From: Bdellovibrionales bacterium | GTDB taxonomy: Bacteria; Bdellovibrionota; Bdellovibrionia; Bdellovibrionales; JAUICD01 | DNA: 64,000 nucleotides | Direction: 5' to 3' | Assembly: GCA_965262715.1 (NCBI GenBank) | Contig: OZ253553.1 | Coordinates: 704,001 to 768,000, forward strand | Part shown: positions 33,312 through 43,813 of the stretch, one piece after another | Position numbering within the stretch: the first letter of the stretch is position 1 | How the letters are laid out: each line of letters opens with the position of its first letter | Translations under genes and position numbers: made by a program | Notes under the pieces: model-generated | Told to the model about the DNA's origin: nothing | The model's input: the letters and a program-made list of their open reading frames with translations, nothing else | The model's database searches: none

Positions 33312-34718
33312 GAGGTTGTCCCATAGATCGGTGAAATTTTCTTATAGGAATTAGAAGAAAGTAGAGCTCCCGGCTATCCTAAGTGGTCTAGCCGTTGTTT
33401 ACTGTTTTTATTTTATCAGGAAATAGATAACAGAAAGGAGCTATTATGAAGAGTAGTAAGAATGGTTATTCAATTCAAGTTTTATCATCTGAGTCAAATG
33501 AGATTCGAGAGATCCTAGAGCATCGCATGAGATCAATGGTTATTAATATGATCCATGATTTCTTTGAGGATGAGTTATTATCACTGTGTGGTAAGCGTCA
33601 TGTTCGTGGTCGTGATACAAGATATTACAGAGCGGGTAGTGATTCTGGGAGTGTTCTTGCACAAGGTCAAAGGCTTCAGGTGAGGAAGCCTAGGGTGAAG
33701 GAGAAGGGAGGTTCTGATATTAAGCTGCGGTCTTATTCAGTGCTTCAAAAGTATGACATACTTTGTGATAAAGTTTTGAGTCATGCTATGAGAGGGGTAT
33801 CTTGTCGTAATTACAATGAACTTCTTGATGATATTGTAGGAGGAACGGGTCTTTCTAAGAGTACAGTGAGCAGAGTCTTTAATAAGTCATCTAGGAAGTT
33901 TCTTGAATCTTTAAATGGTCGTGATCTGAGTAAGGATAAGTTTTCATCAATTATGATTGATGGTGTTGTTTTTGGATCAAGGACAGTGGTTGTAGCTCTT
34001 GGCATCACAGTTGAAGGTAAGAAGTTAGTTCTGGGTCTTAGAGAGGGTCATACAGAGAACTGGGAAGTTTGCAAGGACTTATTAGAGAGTTTAATAGCAA
34101 GAGGTCTTTGTTCAGATAAGCCTTACCTTTTTGTAATTGATGGTAGCAGATCTTTAAGGACAGCTATTAATAGAGTTTTTGGTAAGAGAGCAGTAGTTCA
34201 ACGCTGTATTCACCACAAGGAGAGGAATGTTTTAAGTTATTTACCTCAGGAACGTCATTTAGAGTTTAAGCGTCGCTGGAAGATGGTGCATGGTTTTAAT
34301 GATTATGATTCTTCTCAGAGAGAATACAATAAGTTACTGAGTTGGTTAAGCAGGATTAATTATGCAGCATTGGCTTCACTTAAGGAAGCAAAGGAGGAGA
34401 CACTGACAGTTATCAAGTTGAAGGTATCTCCACTGCTAAGGAGAACCTTATCTTCTACAAATCCTATTGAGTCTGCCTTTTCTATTGTAAGTGATAAAGT
34501 CAGCAGGGTTAAGAACTGGAGAAGTTCTCCAGATCAGGTTATGAGATGGGCTGCTGCTTCTTTAGTTGAAGCTGAAAAGAAGTTTAGAGCTATTAAAGGG
34601 TATAAAGATTTAAATACAATGGAAGAAAATTTAAACCTATTGACTAACAATAGAAACAGGCGTAGCAAAACATCAAGCTCTGCTTAACTTCAATTTCACC
34701 GAAACGTGGGACATCCTC
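33312..34718 (+). mobile_element. IS256-family insertion sequence
   Basis: 27-bp imperfect IRs GAGGTTGTCCCA...CGGTGAAATT / AATTTCACCG...TGGGACATCCTC. No clear TSD. Confidence 0.88.
33446..34687 (+). CDS. IS256-family (Mutator) transposase
   Basis: GVSCRNY, MIDG, GKKLVLGL, VIDG, QRCIHHKERN and STNPIES motifs. Confidence 0.94.
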   Translation: MKSSKNGYSIQVLSSESNEIREILEHRMRSMVINMIHDFFEDELLSLCGKRHVRGRDTRYYRAGSDSGSVLAQGQRLQVRKPRVKEKGGSDIKLRSYSVLQKYDILCDKVLSHAMRGVSCRNYNELLDDIVGGTGLSKSTVSRVFNKSSRKFLESLNGRDLSKDKFSSIMIDGVVFGSRTVVVALGITVEGKKLVLGLREGHTENWEVCKDLLESLIARGLCSDKPYLFVIDGSRSLRTAINRVFGKRAVVQRCIHHKERNVLSYLPQERHLEFKRRWKMVHGFNDYDSSQREYNKLLSWLSRINYAALASLKEAKEETLTVIKLKVSPLLRRTLSSTNPIESAFSIVSDKVSRVKNWRSSPDQVMRWAAASLVEAEKKFRAIKGYKDLNTMEENLNLLTNNRNRRSKTSSSA

Positions 34719-34832
34719 ATAGGAAATGGAGATCGCCATTATCTTTACATGAGGATTGGGTATCTAAAGGGGTTTTTTCAAGGGATGATCTTGGGCAAAT
34801 TTCTCAATATCTTATAAACTTCACTCCCTATT

Positions 34833-36782
34833 CCTGAGTTTGGCAGTTGAAAAAATAAAGTTAAGTAATTTTAATTACTTAAAGGCACATTGAGATTTTG
34901 TGCCACTAGGTTTTTGTTTTTTAGTGTGGTTTTTAAGAAAAGTAAATTGCAGTAATGAAGTTATTCTACTTTAAGTTGTTTAGAAGGTATCTTAACTCCT
35001 ATAGCTTTAAATACATCAGCATTGTTACCGTTAATGTCTGTTCTGATCCAAATAGTTTTGTCTTTATATCTGACAGGTATAGCTCGTACTTCTTTCAGCT
35101 TTAACATAGCCTCTGCTACACTTAATGGTCTTGGCTTTATTCTCTTGCCTGTGGTCGCATTATCTTTTAATGTGATCTTTTTTTGATCTAACTTCTTAGC
35201 ACAATAAGCCTCACATAAATAAGATAGAAAACATACAACTAAATGTCCTAATATTCTCTTGTCTGTCCAGTGGAACATAGGACGTGTCTTTAATGTACCC
35301 TTCAACTCTCTAAATGAATTCTCTACCTTCCATAACTGCTTATAGTTCATTATAATCTCTTCAGAGCTTAAATCTGTATTTGTAATTATTCCAAAAAAAC
35401 CATCTGTCTTTTCTGACTCATTTATAGCTGACTTATTTAAAGTAGGCTTGCCTTTACTCTTAGGATGAGTGATGTATTTCTTATAATTACTATTAGATAA
35501 AAAAGATCTTGTGCTTATGGACTTCTTTGATAATTGAGCTTCTATCTTAGATAGAATATCTTCTCTTACTTTCTTATCTCGTTCTGCTCTCTTTCTTGAC
35601 CATGTAATTATACAACGATCATTATTATAGCTCGTCTCGTATATAGCTAAATCTTCATTTATAAATTTAAAATTCTTTATACTATATATCTCTTCATGAC
35701 GATCCTTTAATAAACCTAGCTTTAATCCTACTATAAATTCATCTCCCTTTGCTTTTAGAGATTGGAGATTCTTATTAGAAAATAAACCTCTATCTCCTAC
35801 TAATATAAATCTTCTGATCTTAAACTTCTTCTTTAACTTTGTCATAACTGAAGGTATTGTTTTACCTTCAAAGGTATTCCCGGGATAAACATCAAATCCT
35901 AAGGGCATACCTTCTGTATCTACTAAAAGTCCAAATACCACCTGGGTACAATCACTTCTTTTCTCTTTGCTATAACCAAATCTCCGAAGATTATCTAAAT
36001 CCTCACGGGTGCTCTCAAACCTCAATGTCGTTAAATCATACAAAATAACATCACACTCATTGAAAAAACTTAACTGAGACTTACCTCGCATATAAAGACT
36101 CTTCTCTATATCTTCCTTATGGTGAGATAGAATATCTAAAGAACGATAAATATCATCGATCTTAAGATCCTTCTCTAAAAAATCAGGGTAAAATAACTGT
36201 TGCCAATGTGAATATAATTTCAGCTTAGAACATGGCTCTATGAATCGATTTACAACTAATGTAAAAACTACCTTCATAAGATCAAATGCAACTTTAGGAT
36301 GTCGCTTCTGTATATCTTTTAGTAATTCATACAAACCCAATTGCTTAAATAGGGTATCTATAATAAGTAAGGGACCTAATATAAAAGTGTTCTGTACATC
36401 AATCTCTTTAGCTATTTGACTGGCAGATACAACATCTAAATGACGGCTTAGAAGAGCAAGAAGATCTTCTAGTCGAGCATCTTTAGCTCGGCCTAAAGAC
36501 ATGAGGGTTCTATGGTTACTTTTACCATCTTTCCAATAGCTTTCAGCTATGTGATAGTAAGCTTGGCCTCTGGAGTTTTTTGTCTTCTTTATGAACATAG
36601 AGATATACTAGGATAAAAATATAAAAAATCAAGTAAAATAAGTATATAATGCAGTGTATAATAATAAGTTGTTTCACTAGGACTTTTGACCAAAACTCAA
36701 ACCCAATAACCCCTAACTACTATAAATAAAGCATTCTTTAAAAAAAATGTTCCGAAAATTAAAATTAACTGCCAAACTCAGG
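34833..36782 (-). mobile_element. IS1634-family insertion sequence
   Basis: 16-bp perfect IR CCTGAGTTTGGCAGTT / AACTGCCAAACTCAGG. Confidence 0.92.
34961..36598 (-). CDS. IS1634-family DDE transposase
   Basis: YDLTTLRFE, FGYSKEKRSD, VGDRG, YKQLWKVENSFRELK and RPMFHW motifs. Confidence 0.94.
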   Translation of the reverse strand: MFIKKTKNSRGQAYYHIAESYWKDGKSNHRTLMSLGRAKDARLEDLLALLSRHLDVVSASQIAKEIDVQNTFILGPLLIIDTLFKQLGLYELLKDIQKRHPKVAFDLMKVVFTLVVNRFIEPCSKLKLYSHWQQLFYPDFLEKDLKIDDIYRSLDILSHHKEDIEKSLYMRGKSQLSFFNECDVILYDLTTLRFESTREDLDNLRRFGYSKEKRSDCTQVVFGLLVDTEGMPLGFDVYPGNTFEGKTIPSVMTKLKKKFKIRRFILVGDRGLFSNKNLQSLKAKGDEFIVGLKLGLLKDRHEEIYSIKNFKFINEDLAIYETSYNNDRCIITWSRKRAERDKKVREDILSKIEAQLSKKSISTRSFLSNSNYKKYITHPKSKGKPTLNKSAINESEKTDGFFGIITNTDLSSEEIIMNYKQLWKVENSFRELKGTLKTRPMFHWTDKRILGHLVVCFLSYLCEAYCAKKLDQKKITLKDNATTGKRIKPRPLSVAEAMLKLKEVRAIPVRYKDKTIWIRTDINGNNADVFKAIGVKIPSKQLKVE

Positions 36783-37244
36783 ATTTAGAGTTTAAGCGTC
36801 GCTGGAAGATGGTGCATGGTTTTAATGATTATGATTCTTCTCAGAGAGAATACAATAAGTTACTGAGTTGGTTAAGCAGGATTAATTATGCAGCATTGGC
36901 TTCACTTAAGGAAGCAAAGGAGGAGACACTGACAGTTATCAAGTTGAAGGTATCTCCACTGCTAAGGAGAACCTTATCTTCTACAAATCCTATTGAGTCT
37001 GCCTTTTCTATTGTAAGAGATAAAGTCAGCAGGGTTAAGAACTGGAGAAGTTCTCCAGATCAGGTTATGAGATGGGCTGCTGCTTCTTTAGTTGAAGCTG
37101 AAAAGAAGTTTAGAGCTATTAAAGGGTATAAAGATTTAAATACAATGGAAGAAAATTTAAACCTATTGACTAACAATAGAAACAGGCGTAGCAAAACATC
37201 AAGCTCTGCTTAACTTCAATTTCACCGAAACGTGGGACATCCTC
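36783..37244 (+). pseudogene. Duplicated 3' fragment and right end of IS256
   Basis: Copy of 34257-34718. Confidence 0.9.
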
Positions 37245-37870
37245 ATAGGAAATGGAGATCGCCATTATCTTTACATGAGGATTGGGTATCTAAAGGGGTT
37301 TTTTCAAGGGATGATCTTGGGCAAATTTCTCAATATCTTATAAACTTCACTCCCTATTTTTTTAATTTATCTGAGTTCGACATAGCCAATAAAGCAATCA
37401 AGAGGATAAAACCAATTTTATATACATTTGATCAGATTTGGTCTTTGAATAAGCTTAAAGGTTTGGAGGAAAAGAAAGCAGCTTTACACAAGATTCTATT
37501 GTCAGTAAAAAAAGACTTAAAAGGAGAAGAAAAAGAGTATATAATAAATGTGTTATTAGGTATAAAGAACTATCTTCTTCAATATAACCCAGAGCTAGGT
37601 GAGGGGCTTTTAGAAGAGGTTTCAAAAGAGATCACAAAGGAATTAAGAGGAGAGAATATCATGAAAGAGCTTGATTTAACTATAGCAGAAATTGTTCGAA
37701 AAAACTGTCAAGACTGGAAACAGGAGGGAAGGCAGGAAGGCCTGCAAAAAGGAAAACAGGAGGGAAGGCAGGAAGTGATATTAAAACTACTCAAAGCTGA
37801 TATGAGTGTAGAGAAGGTATCTGAAATAACCGGTCTTTCAAAACAGGAAATCCGTAATTTTCAAGGATGA
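37245..37870 (+). pseudogene. 5'-truncated Rpn/YhgA-like (recombination-promoting nuclease) gene
   Basis: C-terminal QEGRQEGLQKGKQEGRQE repeats and MSVEKVSEITGLS. Begins at the IS256 end. Confidence 0.7.
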
Positions 37871-37877
37871 ATCTTAC

Positions 37878-37940
37878 ATTATATAACTTTTAAAAATATC
37901 TATAACCATAAAAAAGTTGCACTTGCAATTTGAAGTTACA
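37878..37940. mobile_element. Solo IS30 terminus (reverse orientation)
   Basis: Reverse complement is TGTAACTTCAAATTGCAAGTGCAACTTTTTTATGGTTATAGATATTTTTAAAAGTT. Confidence 0.82.
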
Positions 37941-37943
37941 TTT

Positions 37944-38543
37944 TTACTTTCTTGCAAAAATTATAAGTTCTAAAAAAGATCCTGCATCTGCTTTTCTTAA
38001 AGCAGTAAGGTATAATTTACGGACTTTACTTTCTATATCAATAGATGAGTGATTAAAACTCTCCCCCCATGTAAAGGGTTCTTGATCATTTGTTTTTAAT
38101 AATATGTCAGTCATTAATCTAGCATGTCTTCCATTACCATTTGGAAAAGTATGAATTAAAACTAACTTATGATGAAATCGAACAGCCAACTCATCCCATT
38201 CGTAAGTTTTATTTTTGATCCAATATTTTGTATTTTCAAATAGATCTTTTAGCTTCATTGGTATTTGTGAAAAATCTACACCAATATTTTTATTTGTTTT
38301 TCTTTGTGTGCCTGCCCATTTCCATACTTGATAAAACATTCTTTTGTGAAGAGAGTTATTAAATGTGATGTTAAGTATGTCTGAATGTTTCTTATGGTAG
38401 GCCCATTCAATAGTTTCTGTAATATTATTGTGTTCTAATAAGTTTAATTCCTTTTGAGTTGTAATATAGTCAGGAATAAGATATTTTATTTCATTTGGAT
38501 CAAGTGGCGTTGATCCATATGGATATGTTGGCTTGAAGTACAC
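37944..38543 (-). CDS. Fic-domain protein ('mobile mystery protein B' type)
   Basis: GSTPLDPNE, VWKWAG and HTFPNGNGRHARL (Fic motif, P>T variant). Confidence 0.88.
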   Translation of the reverse strand: MYFKPTYPYGSTPLDPNEIKYLIPDYITTQKELNLLEHNNITETIEWAYHKKHSDILNITFNNSLHKRMFYQVWKWAGTQRKTNKNIGVDFSQIPMKLKDLFENTKYWIKNKTYEWDELAVRFHHKLVLIHTFPNGNGRHARLMTDILLKTNDQEPFTWGESFNHSSIDIESKVRKLYLTALRKADAGSFLELIIFARK

Positions 38544-38545
38544 TG

Positions 38546-39046
38546 CTATTTAGCCTTTTTATTCTGAAAAGTTTCCCATAGACGGGAATTCATTTTTGAT
38601 TTTAGTTGAGAAGCTAATTGAGAAATTTGCTTTTTTGTTTCTTTAGTAGAGATACCTTGAGATTCAAGTTTCATATTGTGTCCTGCTTTTTTTACTAAAT
38701 AATTAGCGAGAGTATTTGCTTGTTGGTTTATAATTTCATTGAGGTTATTAAACCCTGTTTTAGGAACAATTGCGTAAATGAATTGGCAGTTCATTGCTTT
38801 GGCAGCTTTAGCAAGAGATTCAATAGTAGCCTTCCCTTGAACTTCACGTTTTTCAAGTCGTAAAACTGATGAATGTCGAACTCCAAGTCTGTCTGCTAGT
38901 TGACGTGTATTCAGTCCTAAAGAGCCTCGAATAGCCTTCAGCCAGCCATTTAGTGGTATCTTCTCCCCTCTTAACTTTTTCCAAGGTCGTATTTTATTTT
39001 CCATAAGATATCTCTGATTTTGTTTTTTTCTCTGATAAAGCTTCAT
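38546..39046 (-). CDS. HTH regulator ('mobile mystery protein A' type)
   Basis: GWLKAIRGSLG, QLADRLGV, AMNCQFIYAIVP and MKLESQ motifs. Paired with the Fic gene. Confidence 0.85.
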   Translation of the reverse strand: MKLYQRKKQNQRYLMENKIRPWKKLRGEKIPLNGWLKAIRGSLGLNTRQLADRLGVRHSSVLRLEKREVQGKATIESLAKAAKAMNCQFIYAIVPKTGFNNLNEIINQQANTLANYLVKKAGHNMKLESQGISTKETKKQISQLASQLKSKMNSRLWETFQNKKAK

Positions 39047-39054
39047 GTTATTAT

Positions 39055-39105
39055 TGTGCCTTATAAAGCACAATGTGTAAAGAAAAAAGTGCCTTATAGA
39101 GCACA
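39055..39105. promoter_or_regulatory. Two 18-bp operator palindromes
   Basis: TGTGCCTTATAAAGCACA at 39055 and AGTGCCTTATAGAGCACA at 39088. Confidence 0.7.
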
Positions 39106-39473
39106 GATATATAAACACTTTTTATATATAGACAATGTAAATAATGTTTACGTGGTTTACATAGAAGTTAACCTTTAGGATTCTGGGTTTTTTTCTATAG
39201 GAATTGATGTAGGACTTTTGTTTGAAAGTAAAAACAAATGATTTATTGATTAAATCTATGGTCTGGGTCTATTTTTTAAATACTATTTTTTGAATATTTA
39301 TATCTTATGAAAAGAGAACTGAGGTGTACCCTTTATTTGGAGGATCCGTTCCATATTTTACTCACTGCTGAGATTCCCATTGTTGTTAATTCTACAAAAT
39401 AAATTAACGTTGATTCTAAATTAGTAAAAAAGGAAAGTTATATTCATAAAATTTTAGGTTAAGACAATCTGTT

Positions 39474-40511
39474 TTAATCATATAAATCGGTTGTCATTAT
39501 CAAATCTTCTATGATTTCTATGCTTCTTTGTATGTTTCGAACTGCTTTTGTTCTATTTTTTTCTGATGCGGGACCAAGTCCTAATCTTGCTAACCAAGAA
39601 TCAAATACACCAGGTTGTTCAAAAATTGTATTTCTTTGTGTAAATAACTCTGTGGTCAAAGAATTGTTTAAAAGACTATTAAGATCAATCTGTGGATATT
39701 CAGATATAATTTCTTTTTGTATTTCGGTTATCACTCTTTCATCCATAATTGAGGTTGCTGTTTCTTCATGTTCACGTTTTAAATCGCAGTGGCCTAACTC
39801 GTGAAATAGAGTTAACTGTCTTAAAAAATAGTCTCTTGCATATCTTTCTTCGTCAGATAAGCTTGCCTCCTTTTGCTCTTCTATTCCTATAGTTAATCGC
39901 TTAACTCTATTTCTTGCTTCTGTATCAAAGGAGAGGTATGGTTGTAAATGTTCATTTGGTATCACTTGTGATAATCTTTCTAGTAATATGTCATCTTCTA
40001 TTGATGATGGATTTTGTCTGCGTTCCTCAATAACTTGATCTAATATAGAAAATGTTTCATGTGTGATATTAACAAAATAATTACTCCACAGTCTGTTATT
40101 TATAAATATGAAGCCAAAAAAGTAAAAACAGAATCTTTCAGTCAATCGATACTCATGATCAATAGATAATTTTGAACCATCATAAAAAAAGATCCTTATA
40201 TTTTGATCTATAGGTGAACCTTTAAGTCTCTCATAGTCTTCAATGTAAGGTAAAAAGTCATTAGCAATTTCTATTTCTTGAAGACTTCTTATTAAGTTTG
40301 AGTTTTCTATAAGTACAGACTGTACTTCAGGTAAAACAAATCGATACTCAGCATCTTTGGAGTGATTTATTAAAATTGGTTCTAAATGCGCATATTCATC
40401 AAGAGTAGGAGGAACTTGATACGCATACAAAGTGGTTGTTAGAAAAGTTAGAGCTATGAAAAAGCCATACAGCTGTGTATCTTTAAAAAAAGAATTTTTT
40501 ATTATACTCAT
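39474..40511 (-). CDS. Secreted HExxH metalloprotease-like protein
   Basis: Signal peptide and LFHELGHCDLKREH...SIM. Same family as the 5328 and 8351 genes. Confidence 0.75.
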   Translation of the reverse strand: MSIIKNSFFKDTQLYGFFIALTFLTTTLYAYQVPPTLDEYAHLEPILINHSKDAEYRFVLPEVQSVLIENSNLIRSLQEIEIANDFLPYIEDYERLKGSPIDQNIRIFFYDGSKLSIDHEYRLTERFCFYFFGFIFINNRLWSNYFVNITHETFSILDQVIEERRQNPSSIEDDILLERLSQVIPNEHLQPYLSFDTEARNRVKRLTIGIEEQKEASLSDEERYARDYFLRQLTLFHELGHCDLKREHEETATSIMDERVITEIQKEIISEYPQIDLNSLLNNSLTTELFTQRNTIFEQPGVFDSWLARLGLGPASEKNRTKAVRNIQRSIEIIEDLIMTTDLYD

Positions 40512-40745
40512 ATCATACGATCCTCTTTAATTCTATGTTACTAAATTGCTTCATAAAAATCTTTTTCAAAAAAATGTAACCTTTTTGAGATTATTGTTAA
40601 AGGGTTTTATGAAGTTTCTGCAAAAAATAAGTGTATTTTTTTATACCTTTTTGTAAATTTTACAATTATTTATTTAGAACTTTGAAGAAGTTTTCTATTA
40701 TGATATCATCAGTAAAATTTAAAATAATTTATTAAGGAGGTTATT

Positions 40746-41204
40746 GTGAAGTCCAAATCAATACTTTTAATGGGTTTATTTGTTTTTGCTTGTTTTTCTG
40801 TATATACTCAAGCTCAAGAAAATGAACAACATAAAATTACTTTTCTTCCTGTTTCTGTTAGTAGTGATTCAAATTTGAGTCTTTCAGAGAGAATGAAACT
40901 TCATAGGTTAGCAGAGGCATGGTATAAATTTCAACATAGTACTGTGATTTGTACTGCAAATAGATATGAAATAACTTGCGAAGGTACAATTAACGAAGAA
41001 TCAGCTGTAGATGAAATACTATATAGAGAGGAACTAGCATCACGTGCTGTTTTTGGGCCGGATACAGAATTACGTGTAATTTTCACAGAGAGAATTGGTG
41101 ATTTATTTTGTTATTCTCTAAAACGCAATCATGATAATTATTCTTTTGAATCAGATTTTTATATATTAAGAGGACCTGCAGTATCTTGTGTATCAATTGA
41201 TTAA
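40746..41204 (+). CDS. Secreted hypothetical protein
   Basis: AAGGAGG RBS, GTG start, signal peptide. Confidence 0.72.
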   Translation: MKSKSILLMGLFVFACFSVYTQAQENEQHKITFLPVSVSSDSNLSLSERMKLHRLAEAWYKFQHSTVICTANRYEITCEGTINEESAVDEILYREELASRAVFGPDTELRVIFTERIGDLFCYSLKRNHDNYSFESDFYILRGPAVSCVSID

Positions 41205-41284
41205 TACCTTTTGAAAGGCATTGATTAGTATGGAGTGATATATTTTTACACAAAAAGAAAAATTCTTATGAAATAATCAATTTT

Positions 41285-41368
41285 TATATTTTTATTTGTT
41301 TTTCTTTGTGTGCCTGCCCATTTCTACACTTGATAAAATATTCTTTTATGAAGAGAGTTATTAAATGT
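41285..41368 (-). pseudogene. ~85-bp internal fragment of the Fic gene
   Basis: Closely matches 38284-38367. Confidence 0.7.
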
Positions 41369-41510
41369 AAAGTGTAGAAAGTTTGGGAAGGGATATCATG
41401 ATAGAATCCTATCAAAGATTACCCTCATTTATGCGCTGCATAAAATCCCCCACAATTTAGAGTAGTTTTTCACTTGTTTTTAAAAACTTTATAAGGTTAT
41501 ATTAGATCAA

Positions 41511-42245
41511 ATGATTATTTATCAAAGTAAAAAAGGGTTATTACTTTTTTCATCTCTATTTATATTTGCGACTATTTCGGTTATTCTTTTTACTTTAATT
41601 CTTCAAAATGAAGGCAAAGTTACGGAAGCTGAAGAAACTCGCTATAGACTTTATGTGCGTGCTGATCAATTACGCCAAACCTCTGATGATCTAACTCGCA
41701 TGGCGAGGCTTTATGTTATTACAGGAGAGTCTAAATATAGAGAATACTTTCAAACTATTTTAGATATAAGAGATGGGATAAAACCACGCCCCAAAGACTA
41801 TTACAGGATTTACTGGGATTTTTACATTTCCACAGGAAAGCCCCCAAGAATTTCAGATAAAGCTATTTCTCTCCAAGAGTTAATGAAACGAGAAAAATTC
41901 ACAGAAAAAGAGCTTTTGTTTCTACAAGAAGCAGAAAGAATTTCTAATGAACTTGCTAAAATAGAAAAGCAAGCTATGGATATAATATCACAAGATGTTC
42001 CTGAGTTAGAGACAGCCCGTCAATTACTTTATGATGCTAAATATAATAGAATTAAAGAAGAGATCATGCGACCACTTGATAACTTTTTCGACTTAGTAGA
42101 AACAAGAACAACCGATACTCTAAGTCATTATAGAAATATTAGAAGAATACTAGATGCCTTGTTTATTATTACTCTTTGTCTCCTCTTTATATCTTTCATA
42201 TTTATTTCAAATAAAATTCTAGAAGAAGAAAAAGAGTTATCATAG
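41511..42245 (+). CDS. Stand-alone periplasmic sensor domain protein (MCP/histidine-kinase type)
   Basis: Two TM helices around ADQLRQTSDDLTRMARLYVITG...ILDIRDG. No cytoplasmic output domain. Confidence 0.7.
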   Translation: MIIYQSKKGLLLFSSLFIFATISVILFTLILQNEGKVTEAEETRYRLYVRADQLRQTSDDLTRMARLYVITGESKYREYFQTILDIRDGIKPRPKDYYRIYWDFYISTGKPPRISDKAISLQELMKREKFTEKELLFLQEAERISNELAKIEKQAMDIISQDVPELETARQLLYDAKYNRIKEEIMRPLDNFFDLVETRTTDTLSHYRNIRRILDALFIITLCLLFISFIFISNKILEEEKELS

Positions 42246-42578
42246 AGAATACAGTAATTCCCACGTAAGAATCCTTGCGCCATTTCTAACATAAGCTACT
42301 TGTTTACAAGACTTGCTCAAGTTTTTATTATTAGAAGCCATCTCAAAATTATTTCCTGTGCTCACGTTTCTAAAACAGCCTCTTAATTTAAGTATCGAAC
42401 TTATGTTTGCGATATTGATATATTAAGTTTATTGAGCTAGAAATAGGCTTATTTTCAAAAAAATACCTCTCATAAAAATCATACTTTGGATGAATCAAAA
42501 GCACAGTGTAAATTTGTCTTCAAAGAAAATTCCTGAGACTCCTCACAGGTTTGAAGACTTTTATTGCACTGCAAGGTA

Positions 42579-42655
42579 TGGTGAGCCGCCCTGGGCTCGA
42601 ACCAGGGACCCTCTGCTTAAAAGGCAGATGCTCTAACCAGCTGAGCTAGCGGCCC
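42579..42655 (-). tRNA. tRNA-Lys(TTT)
   Basis: Reverse complement reads GGGCCGCTAGCTCAGCTGGTTAGAGCA-TCTGC-CTTTTAA-GCAGA...GGTTCGAGCCC...CACCA. Confidence 0.97.
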
Positions 42656-42800
42656 ATTTTTTACTTTGATTGTTCATAAATATTTCTTTATGATCTTAAA
42701 CCAAGTAGCTTATAAATAGCATAAATGTTTTTTAGGAAATAACAAGTCACAAGTCAATAATAAGAATGAGAAGCCATCGATATTTTTTAAGGACATCCAA

Positions 42801-43532
42801 ATGAAGCAAAAAATAAGAAGAGTTATCGGACTGCATGCTTGTAAAGAAACATTGAAAATTCGACCTAAAAGTGTTGAGCTAGCTTATATCTCTAAGAATT
42901 GGCAATCATCTGATATGTTAAAAGACTTTCACGCTCTCTTAACACAACATAAAATTTCTGTAAGATATAAAAGTCAGAACTTTTTAAGAGGATGGCAAGG
43001 TATCGCCCTCGAGTCCAATCATTGGCCCCTTTGGAATTGGGATATTGTTAAAAATAACCAGCAGATGATCTTAGTGGCTATCGATAGCCTAGAAGACCCT
43101 CAAAATCTTGGTAATATTCTAAGATCTTCTTGGCTCTTTGGGGCTTATGGGGTTTTACTTTGTAAACATCATTGCGTGCACCTGACAGAGTCTGTGCATA
43201 AGATTGCTAGCGGGGCTGTAGAGCATGTTCCTGTAGAAATCGCATCTAATTTGTCAGATCAACTTCAAAAACTAAAGGATCTAGGGTTTTGGGTTTATGG
43301 CCTAGAAACTTATAAAGAAAAAGATACAAAATTATTATGCAATGAGGAATTTCCACAAAAAGTTGTCCTACTCGTAGGAGCAGAAGGTAAAGGTATACGT
43401 CAAAATGTTAAAAAAACATGTGATCAACTTTTAACCATCCCTCAAATCCAAAAAGATCATAGCCTGAACGCCTCTACAAGCCTGGCAATAGCCCTTTACG
43501 AAGTAGATAAAAATCTTATAGTAAAATCATAA
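42801..43532 (+). CDS. rlmB: TrmH/SpoU-family RNA methyltransferase (RlmB-like)
   Basis: DPQNLGNILRS, KIASGA, GAEGKGI and SLNAS motifs. Confidence 0.8.
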   Translation: MKQKIRRVIGLHACKETLKIRPKSVELAYISKNWQSSDMLKDFHALLTQHKISVRYKSQNFLRGWQGIALESNHWPLWNWDIVKNNQQMILVAIDSLEDPQNLGNILRSSWLFGAYGVLLCKHHCVHLTESVHKIASGAVEHVPVEIASNLSDQLQKLKDLGFWVYGLETYKEKDTKLLCNEEFPQKVVLLVGAEGKGIRQNVKKTCDQLLTIPQIQKDHSLNASTSLAIALYEVDKNLIVKS

Positions 43533-43813
43533 AATAACAATATAAACTATTGTAATAATTAATATTTTTATATATCTGGTTAGATTTTGGATTTTTTCCT
43601 AAGTTCTTATTTAAAAAAATAGGTTGATAGCAACTTTTTCTCGCGACTCATTGATACTTAGGCCAATACTTTACCCACTAGAAGCTTGTGTTGTCACAGC
43701 AAGGATTGGAATGATAAGAGCTGTATGATGAGAGTGTTACACACGGTTCTTGAGGATTTCAAAATTCCCCTATTCTACTAGTTTATTTTTCTGGTATAAG
43801 TATAAATTTGTCA

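Larger units (their letters stand above)
34257..37358 (+). repeat. 576-bp direct repeats (34257-34832 and 36783-37358) flanking an IS
   Basis: Constant offset of 2526 bp. One mismatch seen (34492 T vs 37018 A). Confidence 0.93.

Noticed and set aside
33303..34727. TSD for IS256
   Set aside because: Flanks TAACAGGA and ATAGGAAA do not match; the 5' half of the interrupted gene is also missing, suggesting a later deletion.
37940..42655. tRNA-Lys-anchored integrative island
   Set aside because: No integrase and no duplicated tRNA 3' end seen.
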